64,000 nucleotides of DNA from Octopus vulgaris. Its lineage: Eukaryota. Under the pieces are notes generated by a model that did no database searches, was not told the origin of the DNA, and was given only the letters and a program-made list of their open reading frames with translations. Within the stretch, counting starts at the first letter, position 1; each line of letters opens with the position of its first letter. Below are positions 39,213-53,009 of the stretch, one piece after another. Location: the NCBI GenBank assembly GCA_951406725.2, contig OX597815.1:174344001-174408000 (forward strand), in the 5' to 3' direction. Both the position numbers and the translations under genes were made by a program.

Positions 39213-42200
39213 TATATCTCTTAAGGATTGAAGCTCTAAAAAAATTACCATTACAGACACTATACATTTCTTTTCTTTAAGAAAAAATTTACACCTAAAA
39301 TCATATTTTCTACAGATACATATTTAAGTTTAACAATTTCCTACCATTTCTCATGGATATTCATTTTGACCCAGTAACCAACATATCACAAAAATTGTGA
39401 TGTAATGTTGGTTACTTCTTTAACACCAACAAATAACCCTGTATGGCTGATAACTATTTACTGGGCACCAATACACTAACACTATTGCTTGCCTGCCTCA
39501 AACAATATCTGTTTCTCAAACACAATCTACAAGGAAACATCCACTGGTCTCACTTTAAACTCAGTTCTCCCTTGCCTCTGCTTTTCTGGATTTTCTAACT
39601 TTATATCAACCTCCCTTCCATTCATCTATCCCTTCATAATATATATCCGTTTTCACCCCCGACCTCTCTCTCTATTATCTGGAACCTTGCACTTAGTTTC
39701 CTTCTGTCAACTACCCTACAATAATTTAAAATAAACAAATTGTACTAACCTCCCATTGATCTTTCTCTATTTTAGTAGAACTTAAAAGGGCCATATGCTG
39801 TCCCACATCCTCAGATAAAGAATTTTAATAGAAATTATCAGTCATTTTTTTTTAAAATTATTTAAATCTTTTTACTGAAAATGAACCAATGATTGGAAGC
39901 CTACAAGTTTGTACTGTAAAAATCTTGTTTAACCTTTTAATTCCTAAGACTTTCACAATTACTTTTCATGAGATATCTTGGGTCCAGCACTTGAAAACTT
40001 AAAAGTACATTCAACTAATTGAATATATTTTTACATTTATGTTGACTCTTTTGGAATGCCTGTTACATTTTTAACTGACAATGATTGTTCAACTTGCACA
40101 TATTGGCAGAGTAACTCTCCTTTATATTACTTCTGTAATAACTATCCTACTTAATATTAGTCTCTCATTCATGATTATGAGGTTGTGCATTACTATTGTT
40201 ATTATCTTGTGTTTTTCCATTTCAATTTTCTTTCTTCATTTCTCCATCACTATAAATCCTATGCAAGAAGCATTAAAGTATATTAACTTCTATATTTAAA
40301 GCATATATCAGTGTATTTTAGTTTTGCTTCAAAAAATTGCCTACTTTATAGCAACTACAATTGAAATAGCTAAACTATGGCTGCTGTTACCTTTGGCTAT
40401 ATAGCTCAGATTTTTCTCAATTCAATAAATCTCATTTATTTGATATTTCTTGAAGCAGCACTGTATTGTTTTCCTGCAGTTTATATAAATGAACTGGTTA
40501 TATTTGAAATGTTTGACTTTTATATGAAATTGTTTAAAGGTTATCTTTCTAGCTTGGTAAGAAGTAGGTTTTGAAAAGAATAATCTGGGTGAAAACAGGA
40601 TTCCTTAAGAAGCATTTTAATAAGCTAATTATTTCAAATTGTTGACTAGGCTTAGTTAAATTAAACCTAATCTTGTATGGAAGAAAAGTTAATATTTATT
40701 GCTTTTTAAAAAGTGTTCTTGAAATTGTTACATTTTTTCTCGAAGATTGAACAAATTATTGATAATTAAAATTAACAAATTACATTTTTTTAATACTGTT
40801 ACAAGAAATAAATTGCTGCATTTCTGAGAAGTTAAATGCATAATACATTTAATACTAACAGAGGAGCACTGGATCAGAAGATTACTTAGGAGGGTTTTGG
40901 TGTAACTGAAAAAAGCAAAAAATATTAACTTTTTCTTCTGTAGAAGTATTAGTTGGAAGGAGTATGATAGATTGACTCCAGTTTCAAGTAAGAGTTGAAG
41001 TTAAAACAATATTTAATTCCCTAACTGTTAGCAAATAATAGTGCTGGCTGATTTATTGTTGGTTAAGTATCCAAGCCGAAAGATGCATAATTTTGAGGTC
41101 TGAGGTGCTGCATTAACAGAAGTGTTTTCAGATTGGATGGGACTGATCTAAGTTGGTGTTATAAGTGTGGGTAACCACACTTAAACAACAATGCCAGCAT
41201 AAATGATCATGTTTAGTTACCAATGTTAATTTTTTTTTTTTCACGATGACTCTGGGATAAGTGGGTAATGCTCAAGCACTTTGAGACCAGTAAACATGAT
41301 ACAGTTAATGATCCACTTAAACTGTTGCAGGTCAATACTTGCAGCAGAGACATGAGCAGGGAAGATTGCAAAGGGTTGATATCCTGAGGAAGGAGGACTG
41401 AGATTAAGTGTTAGTGCAGGCCTGGGGAGGGGTGAGTGGACAATACAAGAGAGATGAGGGGGTCAGGGCTGCCTGAGTGGTGGAGTGATGAAACCAGTCA
41501 GCAAGTATATTCTTTTTTTTTCTTTTTTTTTTTAAATCATATTATTTGAGATTTTAGGTTTAAAAGATTTATTGATTTCCACCACCTTTCCATTCTCTTT
41601 TTCTTACTGTCTTAATTTTTCCCATTATTGGAAAATTCAGAAACTTGTTGCCAAGCAGCAACTTGATATTTTTTTTTCTACTCTGAAACAAAATCTATTG
41701 ATATTCATTTTCAATATGGTGTCCTTCATCACAAACTTTCTCTTACATATTGAAATAACTTTTTTCCTTATCTTTTTTTTTTTTCCAATACCTTTCTTTT
41801 AACTTACACCTTTCATCAATCACTTAATCACTGCTATCAAAAATTATTGCTGTTTTGTTTCTCAGTTAAGTTTTGTTGTTGTTGTGTGTGTGTCCCCACT
41901 AAATAAAGGCTTAAGTATATAATTGCATTAGTGGAGCTAATCAGTTTCTGAAGTTCTATAGAAAAATTGTAATCTGATATTTTGATCTATTTGGAGTTAT
42001 CTAGGTTAGATTTATTTACTAAACCAAGCTTCCTTCTCTTGTCAATCTTTCATTATTTGAAATGTACAGTAACAAAGGCATCAAGCATAACATCCTAGTT
42101 GCTATACATAAAAACATACTTCTGAAACCAATGAGGGAGCCTCTGCATGGTTGATTAACTTGTAAGAAATAATTCAAGCATGCCTTAAACCTCACTGTCT

Positions 42201-44367
42201 TTTAAAAAACGAAACATTGAACAATGAAGTCTGGGGTACACTTTGCTTGAAAAAGTAAGAATTGATATGATCATGTCTGGAATGTTTTTAATCACAGGTC
42301 TTCTTGACCAAGAATAACCTGATACTAACATTTCCATCATTGTTATATTTTCATATCAAGAAATATACACTCACATAAAAATGTTTTTAACATACATCTT
42401 CCATACTGTCATGTGTGTAATGTACAGCAACACAGCATATTGCCATTTGTTTTGATTTTTCATCATCTCATCTGTGAGGCTCAACAGTCTGAGATTGGCA
42501 TAATGCTTCATACAGTTATAAAAGTTAATTAAATCACCAAGATAAACCATCAGCTACATCCAGAGAGATATTCAAGCAGTTCATGGACTTCAAGGAAGGA
42601 GTGCATGTACCAAACTGAAGTCCTGGTTCTCTATCAGTCTGCCATTATTTCACTGCACCTTTTGTTTGTTCTTTTCAGTTGATCAATTATTTTTATTGGG
42701 TTTTGGTATTCCTAATGTTTTAAAAGAAATGATTAGCTATTTTCATGTTTTTGCATTAATGGTCTGTTTAATCATGCAAACTTCTGAGATTTAATCAGAT
42801 ATTTTTCTGAGGATTGTTTGCCATTTTTAAAAATTATTCTCTAGTTTTTAAATTACTTGGCAATCCTTGAAGAATACAGAATTAATTTAATGGATATGTA
42901 ACATGATATGAAGATTTTGTCTGAGCTCCAAAAAGTTGACAAGCTTTAAATATTTGCCTCACACAAATGTAATTTTTATGATCCAGTATACCTGGTTAAA
43001 AACGAGGATGTGCTATTCACTATAAACAGTTGAAATATCCACAGTTGGTGATTATTTCATGAACTTGTTTCATTAGGTTCAAATCAACATATGTCTTTTG
43101 AGAAAGCAAGAGAAAAACTTACTATTTTGAAGATTTCTCTTACACACATACACACACACACACTTTCAGGAATAACTTTAACACATTTAAATAGATAAAT
43201 ATTTTAAATTAGATTTCAGTTTTATCCTGATATTTTGTATCACAGTGTTCATCAAATCTAAAAGTGTTGTGCAATTCCATCAGCGTCATCTTGAGTATTG
43301 CAGCCCACATTACCATGACTACCTCACTAAATCACTGCTTCTAATTAATTTCAACTGAAATTTTTATTGTATTTAGTTGTTGTTTTCATTTCCGTCATGT
43401 TTTTGTAAGCCACCCTATTTATAATTATAGTAATTAATGTGTGAGGAAAATCAATATACCAGCTTTTGACATGCAAATAGCTCTTTATGAATGCAATTTC
43501 TATGACAAGGTTATATATTGTTTTTACTTTTTTTGCCTTTTATTTTCTCACTTATGACAATTGGTAACTTTTTATACTGTTACTTTTTTGTAATCCTATA
43601 GTTTGGGTGGGTCCATGTTTTTGAAACAATTATAGACATTCTTGCTCGCCTAAAATATTGTTGAGTAGTCCCAGGTCTGTTCTGATGAAGCAGTCCTATA
43701 GTATTCTAACAGTTCGCTGAACCAAACAACTAAGCAGGACCCACAGATTTATTGTTCCAGATATGCTGTGCCTCCACCAAGTTAAGAACTATACTGCACA
43801 CTCTCACATGCAGTAGTGAACTATAAAGGGTGCTATGTGACATTCTAGTTATGTACTCGCTCTTTTACTTTATCCTATAGGTTCTGGTGTAGCTACAGTT
43901 GAAGAATCTGAAGTCTGGAGTTATTTTGGTGTTTCTCTGCACTTATAAGACATTTAGCTTTTTAGAAGTTTTAATGTTTATTTCATGCAGTCATCCTTTC
44001 CAAGCTGGTCCACATGAGAAGTTGGAACTGATGTTTTTGTGTGCCAAATTTTCGTCATTCACTCAATATTCAAATCAAGATCATGCTGTCTTCTTTTGTG
44101 GCATATTATATTCAGGACTGATTTATCTAGTATATCTGTCCACATTTTCCTTAGGGTGGGTTGATGAACTTTAAAGGAGATTTGGCTGCTAATTCTAACA
44201 AATTGAACCACTGCACAGAGGTTTCTTTATTGTTTATTTTACATTGGCTCAAGATTGCAAATTTGCAAGGAAAGAGTATAGTTAATCAAATAACCACCAT
44301 ATGCATTATTTTATTTCTGTCCCCTGTTTCTTTGGAGAATCCAGTAGAATTGCTCCTAGCACTAGAC

Positions 44368-44900
44368 CAATGGTTCTGAACCCTTTTTTGCTTGTGGACC
44401 CTTTGATCCCTCCTTTAATCGGATGGACGGACTCTTGTAGCCATTCGATATTTAAAATATCAAATTATATTTTTGTAATTAGATACTATTAAGAACTGTA
44501 TAAAAAATATTTGGTGTATTGTAGAATTATAACCAATTTATTACATATAAGTTTTAACAACATAATCTTAAGTGTAGAAACACTGCCAGATCAGACTGGA
44601 GTCTGGTGCAGCCTCCTGGCTTCCCAGACCCCAATCGAACTGTCCAACCCATACCAGCATGGAAAACGGACGTTAAACGATGATGATGATATATATGATG
44701 GGTTTCTTTCAGCTTCCATGTACCACTTACAAAGCTGTTGTCAGTCTGAGGCTATAGTAGAAGACACTTGCCCAAAGTGCCATGCAGTGAGTCTGAACTT
44801 GGAATCATGTGGTTGGGAAGCAAGCTTCTTACCTCACAGCCACACCTGCGCCTATTCATACAGCCACACCTGTGCTGTCCACAAAACCACACCTGCGCCT
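44368..44900. mobile_element. Nested cluster: hAT MITE fragment (44368-44570), RTE tail (+, 44575-44690), family-C SINE head (-, 44690-44900)
   Basis: Homology to the 45760 MITE, the 19745-19870 RTE tail and the 11570-11730 SINE head. Confidence 0.7.
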
Positions 44901-45434
44901 ATGATGATAATTATTTATAATATTATTCATGTGGGTTCAAGTTTATGTTAGCTGTACATTACATAATAAATCTGAGAGAATTGTCAAAAACAAAATGGAT
45001 TATTTATGAGTGTTCTTTTTCAGACTTATTCTTTATTTATGGGTTTTTGTGTTAATAATATCAACTGATATTTTAGCAACCTTTATTCCCACCATTCAGT
45101 ATTAGAGCAGTCTGTTATATTAAATGCTGTTATGTTTCTGGAGTAACTTCATTAAGAGCAAGCAAAAATTGAAATATATTGATTTTACTTGGTCCATTAA
45201 CATCACCATAATTTTTTTTATATAACAATTTTTTTCAGATACTTTCATATAATGGCTAGTACATTAAGAAAGCATTTTTTTTTATCAAGTACAAAGTACG
45301 TGTGTGTGTGTGTATGTGTGAATTACCTTTGATAATGTGCCCCAGTCGTTTAAATTCTTTTTTGTGAATATAAACTGAAGGAAATTATAACTGGACTCAC
45401 AATTTGCCTTGTTTATCATTTTTTTTCTTTGCTT

Positions 45435-45657
45435 TAACCCTTTTTATTACCATATTTCTGTTGAAATGCACTATCATTGTTTCAATTGCTTAAAATAATG
45501 AAGAATTTGGTAAAATAACTTTGACCTTATTAAGCTAACCTTTGGAACATTAACATGAAATTTTGATGGTAGGTTTTAATTTAGGTCACTTTAAAACAAG
45601 AAGTTTATGTCATAGAACCAAAGGTGATCTCAGGTGAGTTGGTATTGAATGGCTTAA
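45435..45657. mobile_element. piggyBac-type MITE; relatives at 46497, 54517-54712 and 59025-59252
   Basis: Start ttaa|cccttttattaccatatttctgttgaaa is shared among copies, which end near a ttaa. Confidence 0.65.
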
Positions 45658-45759
45658 TAAAAGTAGACAACTGAAAATTATTTTACTATTGTAGTAGGGT
45701 GTAGTTTTTATGATTTGATTAGGTCACAAGTTCAGTGACCACATAGTCTCCGTTAGAGC

Positions 45760-45974
45760 AGTAGTTCTCAAGCATTTTTTGCCTATGGACCCCTTTGAGG
45801 CTCTTCCCCTGAAGAAAATGGGAATCATAGTCATTTCATATCTAAAACAATTCACTACTATAAGAATTGTATAAAAATATGTTTAAATATTTTGTTTATT
45901 GTAGAAACATAACCAGTTTATTGTGAATAAATTTTACCAACAAAATCTTATATGGACCCCAGTTGAGAACCACA
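45760..45974. mobile_element. Charlie-type hAT MITE
   Basis: TIRs cagtagttctcaa / ttgagaaccacag; TSD-like cgttagag / tgttagaa. Confidence 0.75.
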
Positions 45975-48900
45975 GTGTTAGAAGATGGTATACACTCTTC
46001 ATGCTGTGTAGTTTATAACAATTTTGTTCAGTTAACTTCTATATAATAGTCAATGTTCTGTACTCTGTCCTAAGTTTCATGGATTAAATTCTCAATTCTA
46101 GGCTCTTACACGTAATCCTAGTTGTGTAACTAAATCAATCCTTAACTGAACCTTGATACCTAAAGAGACGGGTGTCTTAAGATTATATTTGATTTAATTA
46201 TGTTTCCAGTTATTTTTTCTTTTTGTCAACCTTGTTCAACAAATCATTATAATGCTTATCTGTGACTCACAAATATAATATCCCTCATTCTACTTTTTAA
46301 CATTTTTTTCTCAATATGCTACTAGTATTTATTTTATCAACATCAAACAGATAAAAGGCTATCAACCTGGAAATAAAATTAACACAGATTTTTGAGATAT
46401 TAGATCATATATTAATAATGCAGTCCAGACTGGTTTCCCACCATATCACCCTGTCAGCTACATGTTGTATAGATTATATTGATGGACAGCCAGTCTTTAA
46501 CCCTTTTATTAGCATATTTCTGTTGAAACACACTATCTTTGTTTCAATTGCGTCATTCATCTTTGTTGAAGATTCTCTCTTAAGAATGACACATGTATGT
46601 GGCTGCACTGATTTAAGCTATCAGTTGTATGGAAATTGTATGGAAATTCCAGTTGCTGTATTAATAATAGTAAACAGGCTCTTGAGAATATTTACTCACT
46701 ATTCAATTTTATGTAGATGTAACAAAACCATTAAAACTAAATAAATTTTACAACTATTCTGCTATATGCTTTTTTTATGTTTAATAATTCATTAACACTT
46801 ATTTTAGTCTTATGGTGATTGGTTATATTAAAGCTAGCTAGATAGGTTGTTCAGATGAGCATTTTACTCTTACCATTTCTTATATGATATAAAAAATGTT
46901 AATTATATGAAATGCTGTGTTTTTTATATATGCTTTAGTAACCAAAGGTATCACTCATTTTTTTTTTTTTGGGGGGGGGTGCTTGTATGGGTATTGGGGT
47001 ATTGCTTGCTTTGTTTTTGTTTGTTTTGTTTTTTTCACCTACAATTATTTTTGTAGCCTTTGTTACAAGTCTTATTAAGATGTAAATTTATTATTTACAT
47101 TCATTTTGCTTCAGAAGAGTTTTTGTTTCCAACAACAAAATGAAAGTAATAAATTCCATTTCCGAGTGTTTGGTTTTGTTTTTATCTGCCAATAGAGAAA
47201 CAAGAATACTCTCCTAGAAACCCTTCACATACTTCAGTGTATTTGTTTTGTTTAGTGAGATATTTTTTAGTTGCAGCTCTCTGTATGGAAGTACCTCTTC
47301 TACAATTGAGTTTGGCCTAGTAGAGAGCAAAGCAGCTGTCTTTGCTGAATTGCTAACAAGTACTTCATAACTGTACAATTATGAATATAGATATTGTTGA
47401 CAGAAATCTTTATATGCACGTGTATGCATATGCTTATGCACAATGTTACACTAGAAATGTAGCCTACCTACTTACTTGTCCAGATTCCATGTATGATCTG
47501 TTACTGATCTTCTTCACCCTTTGCTTCTTATAAGTTGTTATGGTTACAGTGTCATTATTTAGACAATATATACTTCCTGAGACCTCTCTCCCACAACGCT
47601 AGACAATTAGTACCATGTTGGTCATGCAGGTCAGCACTTGTGTTGCCAGCTAGGTTTGGTGCTATATTTAAAATAAGGAAGTTGGTAGAACTTGCTTTTG
47701 TATTTGTTTGTAAAAATTAAGAATTAAGTATAAAGTCTGTGGTTGAATAAGGCATTAACTTCAACTGGAGTTATTTTCTTTTTCCAACTATTTTATTATC
47801 ACCTTACTAGACCCATTAATCTGTGTAAACATTTACAAGAGTTAAATATATCATGCATCCAACTTACCATTGTTCAAGAATAATCACTAGAATATACAGG
47901 CATGTAGTGGTTTGTGCTGGCAAAATTAGGTTACTAAAAAATAAAGGAAATTGATATACTACAAGAAAAAGAAACTAACATTTTGAGTAGGATCTTTTGT
48001 TATCATCATTTAACATCTTGTTCCATGTTGGCATGAGTTGGATAGTTTGACAGGATCGGATTTGTTAAAGAACTGCATCATGCTGCAATGTCTGATTTAG
48101 CATGGTTTCTATGGCTGGATGCCTTTCTCAATGCCAAAAACTTTACAGCATGGACTGGCTACTTTTTTTCATGCTATCTGCACTATTGAAATTGCTATGT
48201 TACTACATATTTTAATAATTCAATACTTTTCTACAGTAGCATTAAATTGGTACGATCATTAGAAATGGTATGCCGGCAGTGTTTATTTGTGGTCTTTTCT
48301 GAGTTGAAATCCCACTGAAACCACTTTAGCCTTTCATCTTTCCAGGGTCAATAAAATATAATAGCAATCAAATTTCAGGGTTAATTTAATATTTTATGAA
48401 GCATGCTAGAATGTTTGGGATCATAGTAAAATGGAAAAATAGCAGAAGACTTTTCTAATTTTATGATTAAATACAGTTTATATGGTTGATTTGCATTCCT
48501 TGTGAGAATGTTTAAATAGTTTGTGGGGTGGGAGATTTCTTTCAAATATGCTTATTAAGGAGGAAAAATTCTATTATAAAATTTATTAAATAAATTAAAC
48601 AAATTTGCTTGATGATATTCTATGTAATCAATTATCTCTAAGCAGTGCAGTACAATTGTGGTGGTTAGTGTAGATTCATTTGCATTTTTTTAGGTCAGAG
48701 AGAAGCAATTTCACTGTCAGTCTTAAAATTGATTAAAACCAGTTTCTCCATTCTGATATTTCTCTGTAATTGCATTAAATTTATAGGAATCTCTTCAATC
48801 ATAAGAATGAAAAGAGGAAATGTTTTACAAACTACTATTGTTCTCATGATTTCATCCTATTTTGTGTCTCTTCTGCTCCCTTCTTTCTCTCTCACCATCT

Positions 48901-49694
48901 GCATCTGAACAAAGCACACAGCTCTGCCAGAGCATTCCAGTTGTAACCATTTCTTTCTTTCCTTTTTTCTCTCTTTTTTAAACAGTAAACCTCAAAACAT
49001 ATAAAGTTATAAGTAATAGCATGTAAATATTTGGCTGAAAACCCCTTTTGGATAGAAAAAGTAAGTCAAATCCAATATTTACATGCTGTTATTTATACAT
49101 AGCTTTATATACTTTAAAACCTGCTGTTCCAAAAAAGAATTTCACCCCCTAAAGAAAGGTTATAAATTCTTATAACATAATTTTTATATTTTTCTTCATG
49201 TGCATCTTTGACTATATTATCTATTGTAACTTTCCTTTTCTTTATGACCATAAGTTGCAATTTGAGGAAGATTTCACTATTTCTAGCAGATCAAGTGACA
49301 ACAAAGCAACTCCTTTGTTTGCACAATTTGTCTACAGTTGAGTATTTAGCAGCTGGGAATTGTCCAAAATTGTAAAAACCAGCACTTCTCTTTTACAATG
49401 CTAGAATGAGAGGAAAAAACAACATGAATGCAAAACAGTAATAAAAATAAAATTGTTTCCATAACACTTTTGTAATATGGCACCTTGCCTGTACATGTAA
49501 TAACAGTCAAATCTCCTTCAAATCACACCCTATTTATTGTAAGAAACAAACTTATGTAAAGTGAATGATGCTGCATTTGCATCATCTTTTATCTACTTGA
49601 ACATGTTTTCCAAGCACCCTGCATCTACATCGTTCTGCTACTGATAACAGCCAAGTTTCTTTCAGATCACATGCTATAGTCAGAAACAAACTTA

Positions 49695-50120
49695 TAGGTG
49701 CAAGCATGGCTGTGTGATAAGAAGCTTGCTTCCCAGCCACATAGTTTCAGGTTCAGTTCTGCTGTGTGGCACCTTGGGCAAATTTTTTCTGCTATAGCCC
49801 CAGGCCAACCAGGGGGAAACTGAAATATACCTGCCATATGTATATTTGTGCATGTGTGTGTGTGTGTGTGTGTGTTATTATCTATTTGCCTTGATTTCAT
49901 ATGATGGTTGTAAAACAAGTGCCACCATCATGCAATCAGTATCTTTCATTTACAATTTTCTATGAAAACACATCTGGTAAAGGTGAAAATATTACCATAC
50001 TTGAAAACAAGTGAGAATTGGTGACAGGAAGGACATCCAGCCTTAGAAAATCTACTTCAACAAATTCCATCCAATCCCTGCAAACGTGGAAAAGTGGACA
50101 TTAAAAGTAATAATGATGAT
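49695..50120 (+). mobile_element. SINE with family-C head and RTE-derived (GAT)n tail; similar copy at 53285-53700
   Basis: Head aggtgcaagcatggctgtgtgataagaagcttgcttccc; tail aggaaggacatccagcc...tggaaaagtggacattaaa...gatgat. Confidence 0.75.
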
Positions 50121-51401
50121 GAAACTTGCATCAAATAAATGATGCCACATTTGTTATCTTCTCTTATCTACTTTAATATGCTTTTCTAGGCACCTTGCCT
50201 ATACATGGTTCTGCTAGTAATACTAACCAAGTCTCCTTCAAATCCCATCCTTTTCTAAGAAACAAACTTGCATAAAGTGAATGACACCACTAATGATGTT
50301 TGAACTCAAAACTTTTATCTATGTAGATAAACATTTGACTGTTGGAAATCATACGCTTTTAAAAAATTTTTTTTTTATGTATTTTAATGAAATTAAAAAA
50401 TTTTGATTGGTAACTGTGATTGTCAAATCTGAACTTTTGAAATTATACTTGGCATTTCCTCTCATTTGGATATTTAATGAAAATCTTTCTTTGGTTTCCA
50501 TTTAAATACTTTCATCTAGTGCTTGAGTCTAACTCTTTTGTGTCTGTATGTGTGTATATTCCATCCAAATATATATATAAATGCGCACATCTATAGATAC
50601 ACACCCATACATCTATACATTCACGTACACATTTTTATATACACACATATACATACACGTACATACATATGCTTATACACATAAGTTCACATACATGTGT
50701 GTATGTTTGTGTTTAGGTATGGCTGTATAGTTAAGTTCACTTCTCTACCATGTGGTTTAAGTTTCATTCCTACAGTGCTGCCACTTTTGCGAGTATCTTC
50801 TATTATAGTCTAAGGTTGAACAAAGACTTGTAAGTAAAACTAATAGGATATTAAATTATGCCTCTTGTGTATGTATAAAGGTACATCTGTATGTATCCGT
50901 GTCTTTTTGTCTTGATCTTGTATGTTTGTATACACGTGTGTGTGTGTGTGTACATGCATGCACATATCCACTTGAGTAATATAGATAGAATGAGGTATTT
51001 TTATCTATTGGCTGAAACAACTGTAAGTTATTTTACCAATTTATATTCATGTTTTTTATAATAATTACTGGTATCCTTATATATTACTATATTTTATATC
51101 TTATATGTAAAGAATAATATGCTATATGTATGTATGTTATTATAATTATCAGTTTAATAAATTAAAAAGTTAACATTTTAATGTCCAAAAGTTGATGAAC
51201 CACCTATTGTTCTCCTCCATTTTCTTATTTGCTATATATATATATATATATATAAAAAGCAATAAAGATTCAAGTTAATTTAAATGAATTTACTTGAATA
51301 TGGTACCTAACTTAGATGCACCAAAAAAAACTATACTGATTTAACAATACAGTAATGTGGGGTGATTATAAGCGAGAATGAAGCAACAAGAATGGATAGG
51401 T

Positions 51402-51492
51402 TTTTAGTACAATCGTTTCATACAAGGACAGGTTTTATTAAAAGTTGCAAAAATTACAGCATATAAACGTGTCCCGTACTCATCAGCTAAAA
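51402..51492 (-). ncRNA. Type I hammerhead ribozyme motif (mirror copy)
   Basis: Reverse complement of 52390-52480. Confidence 0.75.
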
Positions 51493-52389
51493 TACATGTG
51501 AGTTCTCTAGACATCCTAGTGGTTGAGGCTATACTCATGAAGTAATGTAGATAATTAAGTAACATAAACAGATTTCAAAAGTTCATTAAAGTTCTTTAAA
51601 GATGATGTACAGTCTTATCACAGAATTTTAAAAAAGTCTTAATAGCATCACAGAGAAGGTGACCCAATCTATAGTGCACATATGAATTTCCAGAGATATG
51701 ATGAGGGATTACATACTCACAGAAGACAAATTTATCCATTGTTAATTACAACGAGGTGGGTTTCAATTCCTGCTTATTAGCATTACAGAGAGGGTGAATT
51801 AATCCTTTGTATAGATGCACAATTTCCAATGGTGTAGGTGTAAATTTCCAAGGAATTTCATATTCACAGGCGATAAATTTATCAATGGTTGAACACAATG
51901 AGGTAGGTATCAGTTCTTGCTATATGATTAGGTATCTATATGATTAGATACCTAATCATATAGCAAGAACTGATACCTACCTCATTGTGTTCAACCATTG
52001 ATAAATTTACCGCCTGTGAATATGAAATTCCTTGGAAATTTACACCTACACCATTGGAAATTGTGCATCTATACAAAGGATTAATTCACCCTCTCTGTAA
52101 TGCTAATAAGCAGGAATTGAAACCCACCTCGTTGTAATTAACAATGGATAAATTTGTCTTCTGTGAGTATGTAATCCCTCATCATATCTCTGGAAATTCA
52201 TATGTGCACTATGGATTGGGTCACCTTCTCTGTGATGCTATTAAGACTTTTTAAAATTCTGTGATAAGACTGTACATCATCTTTAAAGAACTTTAATGAA
52301 CTTTTGAAATCTGTTTATGTTACTTAATTATCTACATTACTTCATGAGTATAGCCTCAACCACTAGGATGTCTAGAGAACTCACATGTA

Positions 52390-52480
52390 TTTTAGCTGAT
52401 GAGTACGGGACACGTTTATATGCTGTAATTTTTGCAACTTTTAATAAAACCTGTCCTTGTATGAAACGATTGTACTAAAA
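52390..52480 (+). ncRNA. Type I hammerhead ribozyme motif (Penelope/retrozyme type)
   Basis: Stem I ttttag/ctaaaa; core CTGATGA (52396-52402); long stem II gtacgggaca/tgtccttgtat; GAAA (52463-52466); minimal stem III ac-gatt-gt; GUA cleavage triplet ending at 52474. Confidence 0.8.
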
Positions 52481-52508
52481 ACCTATCCATTCTTGTTGCT
52501 TCATTCTC

Positions 52509-52559
<51 letters not shown>

Positions 52560-53009
52560 TGTAACAAGTAGTTTGATTCGTTACCATCTTCCATAAAATC
52601 AGGTCTCTGTTATGCTGTTTGCGCTTGAAGGACTAGATAAAAATATTACCAAGCATGGAAAAGTGGATGTTCAAATTATATATATCATTGCAATTATACA
52701 AAAGTGTTGTAAGTCCAAAACGTTGCTTTTTCTGAAAACAAAAAAGTAGTTTCACCATTCCATAACAAAACCATTGTACTACATTTTGACAATTTTTGAT
52801 ATTTTGGCTTCTGAAGCAGCTGGAGATACAATAGTTTGACCAAAAGAACCGGCTATTGCAAGTAAAAATAGATACTGGAAAAAACACATTCGGCAAAATT
52901 TGGACTTACGACAGTTTAACACAATAGCAATGATATATACACACACACACTGTGTGTGTGTATTATGTGTATACATGTGTGTGTACATATACATGTATGA
53001 GTATGCTTG

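Larger units (their letters stand above)
51373..52509. repeat. Near-perfect 1137-bp palindrome (arms 51373-51938 and 51945-52509, 6-nt spacer tatgat)
   Basis: The arms are reverse complements from cgagaatgaagc to gcttcattctcg. By eye only 2 substitutions and one 1-bp homopolymer indel were found. Confidence 0.97.

Noticed and set aside
43881-43920. Strong + strand acceptor as candidate AGPAT exon 2 (also 45240)
   Set aside because: 43881 hits an early in-frame stop in the required phase; 45240 gives no AGPAT-like sequence and no NHQS motif.
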